DNA of 64,000 nt from an uncultured Planctomycetaceae bacterium (GTDB lineage Bacteria > Planctomycetota > Planctomycetia > Isosphaerales > Isosphaeraceae), in assembly GCA_963833985.1 (NCBI GenBank), contig CAWIAD010000002.1, forward strand, positions 3,328,001 to 3,392,000, read 5' to 3'. Below are positions 62,371 through 64,000 of the stretch, piece by piece. The notes under the pieces were generated by a model that saw only the letters and a program-made list of their open reading frames with translations, did not search any database and was not told the origin of the DNA. Within the stretch, counting starts at the first letter, position 1; each line of letters begins with the position of its first letter. Made by a program: the position numbers and the translations under genes.

Positions 62371-63423
62371 TCAGATGGTTTCCATGATCTTCGCCAGGGC
62401 TTCCGGACCGGGCCGCAAGGCCGGGCCGTCGAGCAGGGCCAGGGGCGTCTGCACGACATTCAGGTTCGTGATGAAGTCCGGATGCTTGGTGTCCAGGTAG
62501 AGCATGCCGGTGAGCAGCTCTTCCTTGTGCCGCGCCTGCTCCAGCAACTGGAGGGCGGAGCCGCGGTCGGTGACGTTATGCTCGTCGTGATGGAGGGCCC
62601 GGAGCGTGATCCACGAGCCGTCGTGAAGCTGCACGCGGGTTGCCTGGCCGGCCTTCTGCTCCACCTCGATCTCCGGCAGCCGCGGGACGAAACCCACCTC
62701 CTGGAGCTGCTCCTCATGCTCCTTGGCGTAGTCCCAGCTCTTGGTCGAGCCGTCGAAGTCATTGAACGTCACGCACGGACTGACGATGTCGAGGAACGCC
62801 GTTCCCTTGTGCTTGAGCGCGGCCTTGAGCAGGGGCACGAGCTGCTTCTTGTCGCCGGCGAACGACCGCGCCACGAACGTCGCGCCGGCCACCAGGGCTT
62901 CCATGCACAGATCGAACGGGGCCACGTTGTTCGGCTCGCCGCTGGACCGTCGGAGCGGGCTGTTCAGGTCGGCCGTGGCCGAGAACTGGCCCTTGGTCAA
63001 GCCGTAGCAGCCGTTGTCCTCGACGATGTACACCATGGGCACGTTCCGGCGGCAGGCGTGCTTGAACTGTCCCATGCCGATGTTCGCGGTGTCGCCGTCG
63101 CCGCTGATGCCGATGCAGACGAGCTTGTGGTTCGCGAGCAAGGCGCCCGTGGCGACCGACGGCATGCGCCCGTGCAGGGCGTTGAAGCCGTGGCTCGACT
63201 GCAAGAAGTACGCCGGGGTCTTGCTCGAGCAGCCGATGCCGCTGAGCTTGACGGTGAAGTAGGGGTTCACCCCAATCGACTTGCAGGCCTCGATCAGGTA
63301 GCTGGTGATGCTGTTGTGGCCGCAGCCCTTGCAGAGCGTGGACGGCAGCCCCTGGAAGGCGAGGGTCGGCAGGGAAAGGGTATGCCCGTTGGACTGGACC
63401 GTGATGGTCGCTTCGCTGGCCAT
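62371..63423 (-). CDS. korB: 2-oxoacid:ferredoxin oxidoreductase beta subunit
   Basis: LCKGCGH, SGIGCSS, LHGR, SGDGD, YGLTKGQFS and SPCVTFN. Confidence 0.92.
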   Translation of the reverse strand: MASEATITVQSNGHTLSLPTLAFQGLPSTLCKGCGHNSITSYLIEACKSIGVNPYFTVKLSGIGCSSKTPAYFLQSSHGFNALHGRMPSVATGALLANHKLVCIGISGDGDTANIGMGQFKHACRRNVPMVYIVEDNGCYGLTKGQFSATADLNSPLRRSSGEPNNVAPFDLCMEALVAGATFVARSFAGDKKQLVPLLKAALKHKGTAFLDIVSPCVTFNDFDGSTKSWDYAKEHEEQLQEVGFVPRLPEIEVEQKAGQATRVQLHDGSWITLRALHHDEHNVTDRGSALQLLEQARHKEELLTGMLYLDTKHPDFITNLNVVQTPLALLDGPALRPGPEALAKIMETI

Positions 63424-63498
63424 GGATTCATTGCCTCGATAAGAACATGTATTGAAAGAGTTCCGATATTTGCCCGCTGCAACGGTGACCGCCCCGGC

Positions 63499-64000
63499 TC
63501 ACTCGGGGGAGACGTCCTCGTCGTGCGGGACCCTGGGGTTGTCATGTTCCACGTTGCCGGTGGGCCAGCCCGGTCCCGACGGGTGCTTTTCCCAGCTCAG
63601 GATAGGACGGACAATGTTCTGGGCGGCGATCGGCATGCCGTTGTAGTGAGTGATGGGAACCAGTCGATCCGCCAGGGCGCCGCGAAGCTGCGAGCGCAAG
63701 AGTGTGGTCACCTGGGCATCGCGGTTCTGTTCGATCACGTACACGCGCTGATGCCGTTCGATGAACCGGACGACGTCATCCGACACCGGCAGAGCGCGGA
63801 TCCGGCAGTACTCCGTGTTGATGCCTTCCTGGCTCAGAAGGTCGCGCGCCTCGGCCATGGCGAAGTCGGTGCCGCCATAGGCGATGAGGCCGACAGGGGC
63901 CCCGAACTGACCCTCGATGATCGGAGCCGGAACGGTCTTCCGCGCCGTCTCCAGCTTGAGTGCCAGCCGGTCCAGGTTCTTCTTCCAGTCCTGCGGCCGT
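63499..64000 (-). CDS. korA: 2-oxoacid:ferredoxin oxidoreductase alpha subunit, C-terminal part (truncated by window)
   Basis: GLIAYGGT, RIRALP, VYVIEQNRDAQ and HYNGMPI; directly upstream of the beta subunit. Confidence 0.88.
   Translation of the reverse strand, partial: RPQDWKKNLDRLALKLETARKTVPAPIIEGQFGAPVGLIAYGGTDFAMAEARDLLSQEGINTEYCRIRALPVSDDVVRFIERHQRVYVIEQNRDAQVTTLLRSQLRGALADRLVPITHYNGMPIAAQNIVRPILSWEKHPSGPGWPTGNVEHDNPRVPHDEDVSPE

Overview
GC-rich bacterial chromosomal DNA, most likely from a planctomycete (Isosphaeraceae-like). This inference rests on two large Ser/Thr kinase-TPR/WD40 proteins, an ECF sigma-kinase pair, three secreted proteins with the planctomycete RR..LExRxLL leader, and a PEP-CTERM protein. 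There are about 35 genes: housekeeping (queG, metF, nth, folE, bamA, argA-like, korAB), lipid and surface modification (B12 radical SAM, acyl-CoA desaturase, four GT-C-type membrane glycosyltransferases) and signalling. Many genes are broken by single-base indels that look like long-read consensus errors. Highlights: (1) a tRNA(CAU) gene, probably Ile2, split after the anticodon by a 362-nt group I intron with a P7.1-like extra stem; (2) a compact five-gene operon (arylsulfotransferase, two alkaline-phosphatase-superfamily paralogs, a small ribbon-helix-helix protein with an LxxLGY tail, and a DUF106/EMC3-like membrane protein) lying between two paralogous GT-C glycosyltransferases, which is a candidate undescribed envelope-modification system; (3) a divergent diadenylate-cyclase-fold protein; (4) several non-CRISPR palindromic repeat families. 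All protein family calls are motif recognition by eye; no database searches were run.
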